Origin: Octopus vulgaris
Lineage: Eukaryota
Direction: 5' to 3'
Assembly: GCA_951406725.2 (NCBI GenBank)
Contig: OX597826.1
Coordinates: 45,880,001 to 45,944,000, forward strand
DNA: 64,000 nt
In this document: in pieces, positions 1 through 13,162 of the stretch
How positions within the stretch are numbered: position 1 is the stretch's first letter
Layout of the letters: each line of letters begins with the position of its first letter
The notes under the pieces: model-generated
What the model saw: only the letters and a program-made list of their open reading frames with translations
Databases searched by the model: none
What the model was told of the DNA's origin: nothing
Position numbers and translations under genes: made by a program

Positions 1-1861
1 ATGTACATACGTACGTATGTATGTATGAATGTATGTACATAGGTATGAGTGTGTGTCGTTGAATGTTATGAAAATATTCGCCATCACCAATATTTAGTGT
101 TACGTAAAGACACCTAAGAATTCTTTGAATCATTTTATGATACATATATGATACAACAGAACTAAGAGAGTACTATTACTGATATACCACCGATAATACA
201 ACTGATAATACACAATGGGTATCCTAAGATTACAAGATTCTCTATGCTAATCCATAATTTATAATTAAAATCATTACTAAAATACCATTTTTCAATAGTA
301 TAAATAGTGTACAGAGAATTCTAACTGAAAATTAACTGAGATTGTCTTGGAAATGTCTCCAATAAAATAAACAGAACAAAAGCCTTGTGTTAAAAAAGAA
401 TCAGTCCAATTCAACTATTGTCAACTCTAATGGAATTAAATAAAAAGGAAAAGCAAAAGAAGAAAAGAAATGGTAAGTGCGCGGAGTGTGAATGTTCCAC
501 AGACACAGTTTGTTTCATGCAAATCTTTCTCCCGTACCTTCACACTTGTCAGACAACAAATAAATGGTTCAAGATTACAGGTGAAGCGTCACCTGCTGGC
601 ACTTTTCCTAATATCTCTTAGACTGGTTTTGTTTTCTAGCATTTGGAAATTTTTTGTTTTCTTTTTTATTATATTTATTACTTTGTTTCTATCTTTCTTT
701 TCCTTTCATTTAAAACAAAAAAAAAACGTCTTTAGACGATTTAGAATGTGAAAAGAAAAGTCAAGTACAGACGAAATTGTTTGAGCTATTTTGAGAACAT
801 TTTTGGCCTAGACTACTGAAGACAGCCACAAATTTTAAACATAGAATCGATTTTTTTATCAGCTTTGCTGAGAATTTTAAATTATGCAGTAAATCTATTT
901 CTTTCTTCAAAAACCTCCAAAAATCTCTTCACAATTCTAAGATGTTTTAACCACTTTATTCTCTTTTGACTTTTTCCTTGTTTTTCTTTCTCACATTCAT
1001 TATCTTATATCCGTTCTTCTCTTCCTTCATTCCCGCTTTTTGTTTTTTTCCACTCCTTCGTTTTTCGGTTCTATTTTCTTCTTTCATTTTTTCTTCACTT
1101 CTTTGTTTCTTCCTTCCTTCCTTTCTCCCTATCCTATTGTTTTTTCCGGGCCATTAATTCAAGTTGCGTCATCACGGATTAATCTTCACACAAAACTTAC
1201 TTCCCAGCCGTTCTTAGATCTGGTGAAAACTGGTTAGACGACAACGATTCACTAAGGAGACCTAATACGACCGAAACAAGCCTAGGGATGTCACTGTACT
1301 AAAAATCAACCTCATTCCTTTAACCATAGCACGTCTCAATTCAATTTTTAATTAATTGAAAATTCAGGATTCTCTCCATTGCCGTCTTTGATAAGCCTTG
1401 TCATTAACTCTTAGGATGTTTTTCTTTTTCATTTCTTATGTAATTTCAATTGATTAAGCATTCATTATTTTCAATGTGCATTAAGTACGTTAGCCGCGCA
1501 TTTTACCTATGAGTATGCACACACACACACATTATATATATCAAATAATATTCAGTTGGATTAGGTATTTAAATTGAGGCACCTTGCTAGGTTTAGGTAA
1601 CTTGCATACTCAACAATATTAAGTGAATATCAGACCTGGGACATAATTGCCGACCATATGGTATTCTTGCAGTGTACACAGGTAATAAGACACAGGTGAG
1701 TGAAGAAATCCGCCCTTAGCTATTCAGACATGTATTTTATACTAAAAATAGTGTCTATAATATTTACGAAGCGTAGATTCCAGAATAGGTGAATAAATAT
1801 ATAAGTAACAAAGAGGTAGATATATCAATTCACCTGACCCTCTTTGTTTTATGTATGTATG

Positions 1862-1919
<58 letters not shown>

Positions 1920-2135
1920 CATATTCCCAATTTATATTCCTGTATGTTATATTTTAATAATTACTGGTATCTTTATATATTAATATATTTTATATGTAAA
2001 GCATAATATGTTATACATGTATGTATTCTTGTAATTGTCATTTTAGTAAATAAATAAATAAATAAATAAATTAGCATAATATAATGTCTAAAAGTTAATG
2101 ATTACCACCAATTGATCCCCTCCATTTTCTTATTG

Positions 2136-2204
<69 letters not shown>

Positions 2205-2208
<4 letters not shown>

Positions 2209-2966
2209 TAATTAAGGGTTTAGCAACGAATTGCCTCACCAACACACCGAATTTAGAAATAGCAGTCAAAGAGATATAGCTATTCCTTCTACTAAAAGGA
2301 GATCTCAGTAAAAACACAGCACTTGAAAGGCAAACACAGACAGGTAAGAAAGAATGAAATGACGGCAATCTATCATACAATTTTAAGTTACCTACGGACG
2401 TACGTTTCGAAATCAAGTTTTAGGAAAGCATAAGAATTAGAAAATTCTCCCTTACCCAAACTTCTTTTCTCATCGGCGTAGGATACTACAATTATGAATA
2501 ATTGTATATTAAATTTTGAGATACTAGAAGGCATTATCTCAACTCAGTGAGATACTAATGCCTTCTAGTATCTCAAAATTTAATATACAATTATTCATAA
2601 TTGTAGTATCCTACGCCGATGAAAAAGAAGTTTGGAGAAATTTTCTAATTCTTATGCTCTAAAACTTGATTTCAGCGTACGTCCGTAGGTAACTTAAAAT
2701 TGTATGATAGATTGCCGTCATTTCATTCTTTCTTACCTGTCTGTGTTTGCCTTTCAAGTGCTGTGTTTTTACTGAGATCTCCCTTTTGAGAAGGATAACT
2801 ATATCTCTTTGACTACTAAAAATTCGGTGTGTTGGTAGGTAATTCGTTGCTAAACCCTTAATTACTTAGTATTACTTAAATTTTCCTCGAATGAGGCTTT
2901 TACATGCCGAAATCTACTTGGTGTAATTAATAATTATTCCAAATTAATTAGTTTCACCCTTTATTG
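2205..2966. mobile_element. Fold-back element (arms ~2205-2540 / 2549-2868, single-copy tail to 2966) in (AT)n; HHR-bearing, Penelope-like non-autonomous type
   Basis: The ~330-bp arms are reverse complements (taagtaattaagggtttagcaacg ... cgttgctaaacccttaattactta). (AT)n flanks both sides. Homologous to the elements at 48487 and 55113. Confidence 0.85.
2391..2482 (-). ncRNA. Type I hammerhead-like motif with CCGAUGA core variant
   Basis: Minus strand: cctacg-CCGATGA-gaaa...tttc-GAAA-CGTACG-TC-cgtagg. 6-bp stem I, palindromic stem III, GUC triplet. The right-arm copy has lost GAAA. Confidence 0.7.
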
Positions 2967-2985
2967 TATATATATATATATAGAT

Positions 2986-3120
2986 AGATTAATCAGCCGA
3001 AATTGCGAAGATGATCCGGTTCTTGACTGAAGATTAAAGGCTTCGAATGTCCCGTTCGTGTTTTTTGTGTCGTCTTCTAAATGTTTCACGTTCTTGTCCC
3101 AGTTTGTATTTTTTTACTTT
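2986..3120 (+). mobile_element. 5'-truncated copy of permuted-HHR family 2
   Basis: agattaatcagccGAAAttgc...tcttgaCTGAAGAttaaaggct matches 37505-37690(-) and 53392-53620 but lacks the UH strand. Confidence 0.75.
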
Positions 3121-3121
3121 T

Positions 3122-3168
<47 letters not shown>

Positions 3169-3318
3169 CCAAATATATACGTTTTATTTATTATTTTGCA
3201 CATTACTTAATCATCGGTATATTATTGTTATTTTATATTTAATATTTCTATTATATGTAATTTTCTAAATGGTGTAATTTAATTGTTCATTTTGAATTGA
3301 TAAAAGGTGTTTTTTTTC

Positions 3319-3355
<37 letters not shown>

Positions 3356-3425
3356 GTTTTATGAAATTTGATTTGGCATTTCTAAATTGAATTTTTCCCT
3401 GTAAGTTAGGAATAATATTCCCTCA

Positions 3426-3457
<32 letters not shown>

Positions 3458-4299
3458 GAGTATTTATTAAAAACTGAAACTGATAATTTCCTTTGTGACT
3501 TTTTGTTTCACACGCCACTACGATCTTCAGGCAAGAGAAGGTCACAGTGGTGTGGCATTCGAGTCGCAAGAAAAGGTATCAGTTTGAGTTTCAGTAAAAA
3601 AACCACGTCTTCTCTAACATTCATTGAGCACTCCTCCATCGTTCGCCCTACATAAACCAACGTATATGTGCATGTATGCACGCGTGTGTACACACACATA
3701 CACACACACTTGCACGCAAGGATGAACACACACACAAATAAATATGCTTAGAACACAGCTCTTAACTATTAATTAGCACCAAACATTTTACACATGTAGA
3801 CACTCGTGAATCATGCTGTCATGTGGTTATCACAAAAACAGCCATGGATGCGGAGTTAAGAACCTCGCTATGCAAAATCCTTGTTCATGAGTTCGAAAAC
3901 AAGAACTTCATCCGACGTTGTACTTTACTGCCAACCTATATGATCTCATGCCTTTCACCATCGTAATTATTAAAATGATCCCTTTTGATAAGCTTCATTA
4001 GAAATCTTACTGGAGAGGTATGTGGTGACGTCATTACTCGATTAGCAAAGCCTAGCAATTGTTTTCATATAATTTTATTAATAAGATTTTTGATGACTTC
4101 ATTACTCAATTCTAGTCAATATTTACAAAGAATTGAAAAGACCAAGATTCAAATCAAAGTATAGGCCTCTTACATGGCCATCAGATGATTTATTGAATAT
4201 GAGAGAACTTATATTAGTTGGAGAACAAAGCTGTAACTAGGTTGAAATTGTGATTTCTTGATTGCTTGACTTAGAAGTTATAACACTTATTTGAAGTTA

Positions 4300-5466
4300 C
4301 CAGGTGCATTCCAGAAGTTTTGAGACTTTTTAGGAGAAGCAGTTGAAACTGTCCTAGATGATTGTAATTTTAGTATATATTTACCATACATCTAATAAGC
4401 TGAGCCGCCAGTTTTTAATTCCAAATTCGTAGAGAGGGCTGTAACAGCACTTTGAAAAGATTTGCTTATCACAGCTATCTAGATTTCAAAATGCTGTCAG
4501 GACGTTTGAAAGCAAGCTATGCCATAAAGTTGTGTGTTAAACTGGATAAAAATGCTACAAAAACTTATGAAATGCGCTCCAGATTGCTTATGGATAACCT
4601 TGAATGAGTCGACACAAGAGGTTCAAGATCGGTAGAGAGAGGATGAAAGATGATGAGAAGTGTGGGAGGGAGCGGGACGTCAAACATCAGAGCTGGTTGA
4701 GAAAATTGGCAATTTTCTGGATGAAGACTGTCGTGTGTCGATAAAAACAATAAGCATGCTTGGAGATGGTATGACAACTGTACACAGAATTATTCATGGC
4801 GATTTGAACAAATTTGTGAAAAGCTTTTTCCCAGGTTGCTCGGTGACGCATTGGTGACAGCCAGGAAATGGTTGAGCTCATCACCTTCAATCCAAGAGTA
4901 TTTGAACCTCTGGTAACATTTGAAGAAAGTTATGATCCAGTTATGATCTACTGTTATGATCCAGAGACTATGAGGCAGACTGCCCAATGGAAGTATCATG
5001 GCTCTCCAAACCCAAGAAAGCAAAGCAAGTCCATAGGGAAGCTCATGGTGGTCCCTTTTCGACAGCAATGGCATCATCTACATCCATAGGGTTCCACCTG
5101 GTCAGACGGTCAACAAAGATTACTCTGTGGAGATTTGAAGAAGTTCAGAACAATGCATCAATCCATAATTACATCCTGGTAACCAACTATTTGTCTCTCA
5201 CCTTCCTTACAGAGCTGAATTTGTTCCCTGTGACTTTTGGTTGTTCCTCAAGTTGAAGGAAAACATCAGGAGGAGGAGTCTTGAAGACATCGAGAAGATG
5301 AAAGAGGCTGTGATAAAGGTCCAGGATACTTTCATTTTGGAGGGCTTTCATGAAGCCTTCGCGAAGTAGCCAGAGCGCTTCAACCAGTGCATTGAAGCCA
5401 AAGGATCCTGCTTTGAAGGAGATTACTGTTACTGCAAAAGTTACAAAACTTCTGAGTTGCATCTTG
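4300..5466 (+). mobile_element. Near full-length decayed mariner transposon (DD34D), transposase pseudogene
   Basis: TIRs caggtgcattccagaagttttg / caaaacttctgagttgcatcttg with TA on both sides. Frameshifted peptides YAIKLCVKL, IYCYDPETMRQTAQW, PCDFWLFLKLKE, CIEAKGSCFEGD. Confidence 0.9.
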
Positions 5467-5875
5467 TATAAGAATAAAAAGGATATGAGATGGATTTTGA
5501 AATTTTTGTAAAATATTAATTTCTGTAACTTATATCACTTGGTCCACGGCGAAGCTCATAAGACCCAGCTGGACTGAAATTGCTACGTTTTTTGCTTTTT
5601 TTTTTTGCGTTAAAAGTTATAGCACTAAATTGATATAATTAAAGACAAAATTATAATTTCTTCTACATATAATTAAATAAATTCATATGATATAGAGTGT
5701 GCTACAGATTTTGGTTCTTAATTCTGCATATTCTCTCAAAGGGTGGAGTTAACCTCAAAATTTATACGAGAGTGTTTGTAACCTTGACCTAAATTAGTTA
5801 ATAATGCGAACATATGTTGTATATATAAATGTACGTATATGTGTATGTACATATCTGTATCAGTATATTTAAATT

Positions 5876-5907
<32 letters not shown>

Positions 5908-5989
5908 TGTATGTATGTATGTATGTATGTATGTATGTATGTATGTATGTATGTATGTATGTATGTATGCATGCATGTATGTGTGTATG

Positions 5990-6021
<32 letters not shown>

Positions 6022-6296
6022 GTATGAAACAAAATAGTGAGTCCCATGACTTGCACTAATTTGTTTTCTCTTGCTTTTCTGTTGGCTTAGCATTGACTTA
6101 TATTTAATTAAAAAGTATCATTATGTGATAAATTCCAGCTAATTAACAAATTAATTAGTTGCTAGACACAAACAAACAAACAAAAAAAAAGAAAGAAAAA
6201 AGCTACCATATTCGCATAAATTATATCACTTTCACTTACAGGAAGTTTCACTATATTATATTAAATCACATTTAATCATATTTATATTATATTATA

Positions 6297-6809
6297 TCTA
6301 TATATATAAAACAGTAGTTGTGTGAGTGTCTGTCCCCTTCGATTTAGATTCCTAACCACTCCCACATTTTGCGATGCAGTTTAACCAAATTCGGGTATCT
6401 TATAGTCGTGATTTATATCGAGCCCGTCTGAGTATTAGCGCGCGTCTACGATGAGTCTACGATTTTTAAAATAATTTAACATCATTTTTTATTCCATTTT
6501 AATGCATAATTTTTCGTGTGTCGATGGCGGCGGAGTTGGCGTCCATGGTCACACCTGCACCTGTTTGCTTCTCCCCCTTCTTCCCTCCCTCGTGAAGCTG
6601 TGGGGAAGGGAGTGTAAGGAAATCAACGTCGTAAAGCGTTGTCAAGGAGACCAGCGTTCTTTTAGAACAACGACTTCATGGCTTGAAGACACCAAAACAG
6701 AAATGGCTAAGAAAGCCCGAATTGGCATCTATAAGGGAAGTAACTCTCTAAAAATGCTTATATAGTTATTTCCCTTACAAACCCGAGCAACGCCGGGCGA
6801 TACTGCTAG
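6297..6809 (+). mobile_element. Non-autonomous Helitron, copy 1 (513 bp)
   Basis: 5' TC, 3' CTAG, subterminal hairpin cccgagcaacgccggg, inserted between A and T with no TSD. Near-identical to 36886-37398. Confidence 0.85.
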
Positions 6810-7155
6810 TTATATTATATTACATTATATTACTATATTGTATTATATTACAGTATATTATATTATATTATTGCTTATTTTATATTATTTGATACTTAAG
6901 TTATATTCAGATGTCCATCTGTTGGTATTTACTGTTTCCACAAAATCAAAACTAAAACGAGGAACCGTGTATTTCTGATATTCTGATTGGCTAACTCTGC
7001 AAACGTGTGTTGTCGCCATCACATTAGCTACTTTATAAATATGTACAACACCCTAAATAATATTTGAAGTTCGAAACTTATGAAGCTTGTAGTAGTAGCA
7101 GTAACAATATATATATCTCTCTCCCACATTCTCTCTCTCACTCTCTCTCTCTTTC

Positions 7156-7195
<40 letters not shown>

Positions 7196-7228
7196 CAAAC
7201 ATACATGCATACATACATATGTACACAT

Positions 7229-7337
<109 letters not shown>

Positions 7338-7351
7338 CATAAATTTACATA

Positions 7352-7676
7352 AATAAGGATAAGATCGTTATTTTAAATACCGATCATATAGGAATAACCT
7401 TATAGGTAATAATTATTATTAAATTTATAATCAATGGTATTTAAAAGATACCACCATGCTAGACATAGCAGTCAAACCTTAACTCTAAATCCACATCAAA
7501 TATCCATATAGCACCAGGAGAAAAGACAAAGAGGCAAATAAACTAGCAAAATTTTTTTTTGCTACTATATTTGCCTCTTTGTCTTTTTTCCTGGTGGTGT
7601 ATGAATATTTAATGTGGTTTTAGAGTCATGTTTTAACTGCTATCTCTAGCATCGTGGTATCTTTTAGATACCCTTA

Positions 7677-7679
<3 letters not shown>
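7352..7679. mobile_element. Fold-back element (arms 7436-7551 / 7552-7672, tail on the left) in (AT)n
   Basis: Diverged inverted arms containing gctagacatagcagtcaaa. The tail aggataagatcg matches 26905-27015. Confidence 0.75.
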
Positions 7680-7720
<41 letters not shown>

Positions 7721-7721
<1 letters not shown>

Positions 7722-7935
7722 TTTATTTAAAGCAGCAGAAAATTCAACAAAATCTGTTACTCTGAGTTTCTCGTTGCCGTTCATCAGACAGTTTTTGCTA
7801 GTGATGAATGGCAACGAGAAACTCAGAGTAACAGATTTTGTTGAATTTTCTGCTGCTTAGATAAAGCATATTGCTCTACCACTGGTATTTGAGTACTCTT
7901 TCTTCCACCTTGTTTCACATTTATGTGTTTACTCC

Positions 7936-7937
<2 letters not shown>
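7721..7937. mobile_element. Fold-back element (arms 7721-7786 / 7802-7866, tail to 7937) in (AT)n
   Basis: Near-perfect 66-bp inverted arms; (AT)n on both flanks. Confidence 0.85.
7754..7791 (-). ncRNA. Minimal type I hammerhead motif
   Basis: Minus strand: ctgt-CTGATGA-a-cg(gcaa)cg-a-GAAA-ctcagag-TA-acag. GUA triplet, near-palindromic stem III. Confidence 0.7.
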
Positions 7938-7999
<62 letters not shown>

Positions 8000-8816
8000 G
8001 TGTGTGTGTGTGTGTGTCAAAATATACTTAAAAACCATTTGACATCCAACTGATTACTGAATATGTAATTGTAGAATAAATATTTATTAAATTTCTTAAT
8101 AAAATGGTTGATAGTGACTTCGAATTTTTTGGGTTTGTTCACCTTCTTCAGACTGATGACCGTTCATTGTTCGATCAGTTAAATTACCTGTCCTTGAATT
8201 AACGTGTAAGTGGCTGAGTATTTAACACACACGTGTACTTTTGACGTAATACTCAAGTAAAATCAGCATGACATTCTAAGGGACAAGGCTGTACTTTTTT
8301 GAGTGGTGGAGGTCGTGGTGGTGGGGATTACAAGTACAATCCAATTGTAAGGGTTCTAAACAGTTTCCACCAACCCATTTTCACTAACAGGTTACAGGCT
8401 AATCCTAGGCATTAGAAAACAACATTTTCCCAAGATGTTAAGCAAAAGAATCGAACCTAGAACATTGTATTCACGAAACATGCTTTCCAAACAATTCCGT
8501 CAAACCTTACCCATACGGGGCGTCAGTGTCGTACTCAGTTTTATCTGAGGTGGACTAGACCAGCATAAGCTGAAGTACCTTGCTGAAAAACACGTTGTGC
8601 CGGCTTCTCTTCGCAACCTATTTATAGCAAACCACAGCAAAATTATTTTCTTCGTTAATTTTCTTCCTTTGATCCCATTATTCATTATCTCTGTTGTAAT
8701 ACTAATCGAGTAGACTAACGGCAAGAGACAGTCTAGCGAAATGCTTTGCGGTATTTCGTCTGCCGCTACGTTCTGAGTTCAAATTCCGCCGAGGTCGACT
8801 TTGCCTTTCATCTGTA

Positions 8817-8978
8817 GGCGTAGGAGTGGCTGTGTGGTAAGTAGCTTGCTTACGAACCACATGGTTCCGGGTTCAGTCCCACTGCGTGGCACCTTGGGCA
8901 AGTGTCTTCTACTATTGCCTCGGGACGACCAAAGCCTTGAGAGTGGATTTGGTAGACGGAAACTGAAAGAAGCCCGTC

Positions 8979-9023
<45 letters not shown>

Positions 9024-9291
9024 GCAATGAAGATTCAAGTTAATTTAAATGAATTTACTTGAATATGGTACCTAACTTAGATGCACCAAAAAAACTATAC
9101 TGATTTAACAATACAGTAATATGGGATGATTATAAGCGAGAATGAAGCAACAAGAATGGATAGGTTTTTATATCGTTTCATACAAGGACAGGTTTTATTA
9201 AAAGTTATTTATTTGCAACTTTTAATAAAACCTGTCCTTGTATGAAACGATTGTACTAAAACCTATCCATTCTTGTTGCTTCATTCTCGCG

Positions 9292-9333
<42 letters not shown>

Positions 9334-9565
9334 AGTGTGTATATGTTTATGTGTCCGTGTTTGTCCTCCCAACATTGCTTGACAACCGATGCTGGTGTGT
9401 TTACGTCCCCGTAACTTAGCGGTTCGGCAAAAGAGACCGATAGAATAAGTACTAGGCTTACAAAGAATAAGTCCTGGGGTCGATTTGCTCGACTAAAGGT
9501 GGTGCTCCAGCATGGCCACAGTCACATGACTGAAACAAGTAAAAGAGTAAACTATAGAGTAAAAG
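8817..9565 (+). mobile_element. tRNA-derived SINE family S1 (internal microsatellite interrupted by the fold-back at 9020-9291)
   Basis: Head ggcgtaggagtggctgtgtggtaagtagcttgc...gggttcagtccc; 3' end tgactgaaacaagtaaaagag; many copies in the window. Confidence 0.9.
9020..9291. mobile_element. Fold-back element (arms 9136-9205 / 9217-9290, tail on the left) inserted in the (AT)n of a SINE
   Basis: gcgagaatgaagcaacaagaatgg ... ccattcttgttgcttcattctcgc. Confidence 0.8.
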
Positions 9566-10333
9566 GGTATGTAACGTATTTAGGACTAGACAATCTAATT
9601 TATTGCTCTTTATTTTAAGAATAACCTAATTTTAGGAAGAGTTAGCTACCATTTCTTGCAGATTGTACGATCACAAAGAGGCAAATTTTCTTGTTTGCTT
9701 GTCATTTTATCAAAATCGTCTCAAAAATGTGTTATCACAGACCGAGAAAACTAAAACCCGTTAAGCAGATGGTTAAAATGTTAAGGAACAAAATTTTAAA
9801 GAACGTAAATAAACGTGTCTTCAGCACTCAACAGGTGTTGGAAGTCAGAAGACAGCAGATGATAGTGTTTAGCAAACTGGTTAATGACCCGTTTATGTGT
9901 TTGTCTGGCATCATTTAGTTTTTATTATGATATTATGGGGCGGAAACAAAATCAAAATACATCTGGAAATTGCCAAGAGAAAACAGCAACCTTTATTTAC
10001 AGTTTCTTAACATCGTATTTCGTCGTTATAAACCAGCAGCAGACCTCCAGTTGTTTTTCTGCTCACGGCCCAGAACGATATTAATAGTATAAATAAATAA
10101 ACACACACATACACACACAGGGACATGAACTCTGAATTATTGTGCCAAAAGAAATGTAGAAAATTGTAACTTTCGTACGTTTCCAAAGAATGTTAGCAAA
10201 GACGTAAAACATCACAAAAACTCAGTTAGCCTGGATGTTATAGCATGACTTTGCTACCACCCAGTATGAAAATAATCGTAATCTCGTTGTTCCTTTTATC
10301 TAAGAAGACACCACTCCTAAACACTGGATAGAT

Positions 10334-10739
10334 TTTACTCTCTCTCTTTTACTTGTTTCAGTCATTTGACTGCGGCCATGCTGGAGCACCGCCTTAAATC
10401 GAGCAACTCGACCCCGGGACTTATTCTTTTGTAAGCCCAGTACTTATTCTATCGGTCTCTTTTGCCGAACCGCTAAGGAACGGGGACATAAACACACCAG
10501 CATCGGTTGTCAAGCAATGCTAGGGGGACAAACACAGACACACAAATACACACACATACATATACATACATATATACGACAGGCTTCTTTCAGTTTCCGT
10601 CTACCAAATCCACTCACAAGGCTTTGGTCGGCCCGAGGTTATAGCAGAAGACACTTGCCTAAGGTGCCACGCAGTGGGACTGAACCCGGAACCACGTGGT
10701 TGGTAAACAAACTACTTACCACACAGCCACTCCTGCGCC
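10334..10739 (-). mobile_element. SINE family S1
   Basis: Full-length reverse-complement match to the 8817 copy. Confidence 0.9.
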
Positions 10740-11715
10740 TATTACTGTCAACAAATATAAATAATTAAGGTTCTGTGTTTTTGAGATAGCATGGTGAGAA
10801 ATAAATATTCATTTTCACGGTTATGGAAACAAAAACAAAAAAGTTTTAAAGACGAAAAATAAACAAACAAAAAGCATAGTTGATGTATATTTGACATCTA
10901 TACTCGACATGGGAGAATTTAAATTGTTATAATAATGAAGAAATATTGATGCTGTTTTATTTTGTTGTTGATACTATTATTAGTTTTGTTGTTCCTTTTG
11001 TTGTTGTTTTTGCTATTGCTTCAGTGATCATTAAAATGATATCAAAGTTATGGGTAAATTCGATTGGCTGTTTCCTACTTCAATAGAATTAAAGGAACAA
11101 ATCCCTAATCACCATCCTGTTGTTGCTACCGCTGTTGTTTCGTTAATGCTGGAGTTTGAGATATAACGGAATTATCTTTAAAGCTTTATACAATCAAATC
11201 CAGAACTTCACCTCCACTTCGTTCAAATTCAAACAGGGATCGATATTTTTAACCTTTCTGTTTTTTATTGCTCATTGATATAAAGAATTGTAATTATATG
11301 GGAAATTTCGATCGGTTATTTCGCAGTTCAATAGAATTGAACAAAGAAATCCACCATCGTTATCCTGTTGTTGTTGTTGTTGTTGTTGTCGTCGTCGTCG
11401 TCGTCGTTGTTGTTGTTGTTCTCTCCCTGAGGCACGCACACGGCTTTTGAGAGCTTCTTCCCAATTTTCATCTAGAACCGGACCTCATGTTTCGAAATGC
11501 TGTGCTGCTCCTATGGGGTTAGCCCACAGGAGAATGCTATGATTAGGGAGAGTGCTAGATGGTAAAAAATCAGTAGATCTCACATTAAGATATACTATGA
11601 TCATTTCTGGGTTCGAGAATCGCAATCACGATTTTGCGATCGAGACTGCAGCACCCAAACCACTAAATAAATAAATAGATAATTGAATAAATAAATAAAT
11701 AAATAAATAAATAAA

Positions 11716-11955
11716 TGTGTTGCAAGCAACTTGCACATGCATGTCCTATCAGTCGAGAGCTCCGCATACCGGAAGCCAGCAAGTGTATCTGGTCATCAGG
11801 TGAGAATGCGCGCCATTTCAGGGCCTACCTCTCAACGGCATCAATGCGCACCGGCCCCCCTAACTGATATGATGCTCTGCTTCCTAGATCAACTGGTTGT
11901 CAAATAAAACTCAATATGTTTCTAGCCATCGCTCATCGTCTCTTAATGTCTTACA
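11716..11955 (+). mobile_element. Possible solo LTR
   Basis: TGT...ACA termini, GC-richer island, AATAAA about 45 nt before the end. No TSD found. Confidence 0.35.
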
Positions 11956-12181
11956 GTAATTTAGTTCCGTCCATATGTGTTCTAAAATAAATTTCTCTGG
12001 GGTAGATAGAATAAGTGCCACTCATGTACTAAGTACGATTTAATTGATAATAATCTTCCTTAAAAATTTATGCTCTTTTTCTTATGTTAGAAATTATATA
12101 ATGATGATCACCACGAATTGGCAGAGTCCTGAGAGCGTTGGACAAAATGTCTCGTCGCATTTGTTCTGACTTTCTGAATTC

Positions 12182-12234
<53 letters not shown>

Positions 12235-12235
<1 letters not shown>

Positions 12236-12720
12236 GTCAGGTCACTTTCGAGTGCTACTGGCAACATGTAACCCAGTACAACCTATTGCATGGTCGGGTC
12301 GTCGGCGACTAAACTGGCAACCCCACCAAGCTTGCTTGGTGAGAAGGGTGTCTATTGGACACCATGCGGGATGAAAAACAAAACCCGTCAAAGGGCGGAG
12401 GAACTCTTGAGAGTCAACGGCCATCCGATAAATGTCATAAGGATGTATCATGCGCGAGGACATAGAAATAATCGGACTGAATACCCGATCGCGCGGTTAA
12501 ACCATTCGGAGTGAAGGACTTCTAGCCTTTGTTAGGGCATCCTTCTAGGAGAAGGTAACTCAGGTAACTAGGATAACTCCGACATAAAAACTGCGGCTCA
12601 GTGGTTACCGATGATGTTGACTTGTTCTTCTTTTCGGATTAAGGCTGCTGCACAGGCATTGCACGATAACAACATTGATTAAGCTTCGTGCAATGGCCAT
12701 ACTCGATAACGAGGAGGCAG
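12235..12720 (+). mobile_element. RTE-type LINE 5' UTR-like remnant with an HDV-like ribozyme candidate at its 5' end
   Basis: GC-rich segment with ctaggagaaggtaac, which resembles RTE 5' UTRs as recalled. It splits an S2 SINE (12100-12180 / 12720-12860). Confidence 0.5.
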
Positions 12721-13107
12721 CCACGAAGTGATTAGCGGATTTTGTCCGTCCAAACATTCTGAATTCAAATTCCGTCGAGACGGAATTTGCATTTCATCCC
12801 TTCGGGGGTCAATAATATAAGTACCAGTTAAGTACTGGGGTCGATGTTATTGACTTCAATACTCCTGGGTAAGAGTATAAAATAAAAACTGCACACCTCT
12901 GCAAAACCATGAGGAGCCAGTGTGGAAGAGTAGGCTCATCAATTCAGTATGATCTGAAGTTTAAATTTACGGCCCCCACATCATACAGTGGCTGGCGGAG
13001 AGAACATGCTGAAACCTTCGTTCTGCAGTAGATTGTACATAGGTAATCCTATCCAATTCAGTCCAAACCAATAATATGATCTATCTGTTTGCATACATAC
13101 ATAAATA

Positions 13108-13162
<55 letters not shown>

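Noticed and set aside
6502-6765. 87-aa ORF duplicated at 37091-37354
   Set aside because: It lies inside two near-identical non-autonomous Helitrons. The identity reflects recent copying, and no domain was recognised.
8500-8600. Minus-strand exon-like segment with a gtaagg donor
   Set aside because: It overlaps a decayed SINE-like sequence (tgaagtaccttgctgaaaaacac) and has no coding support.
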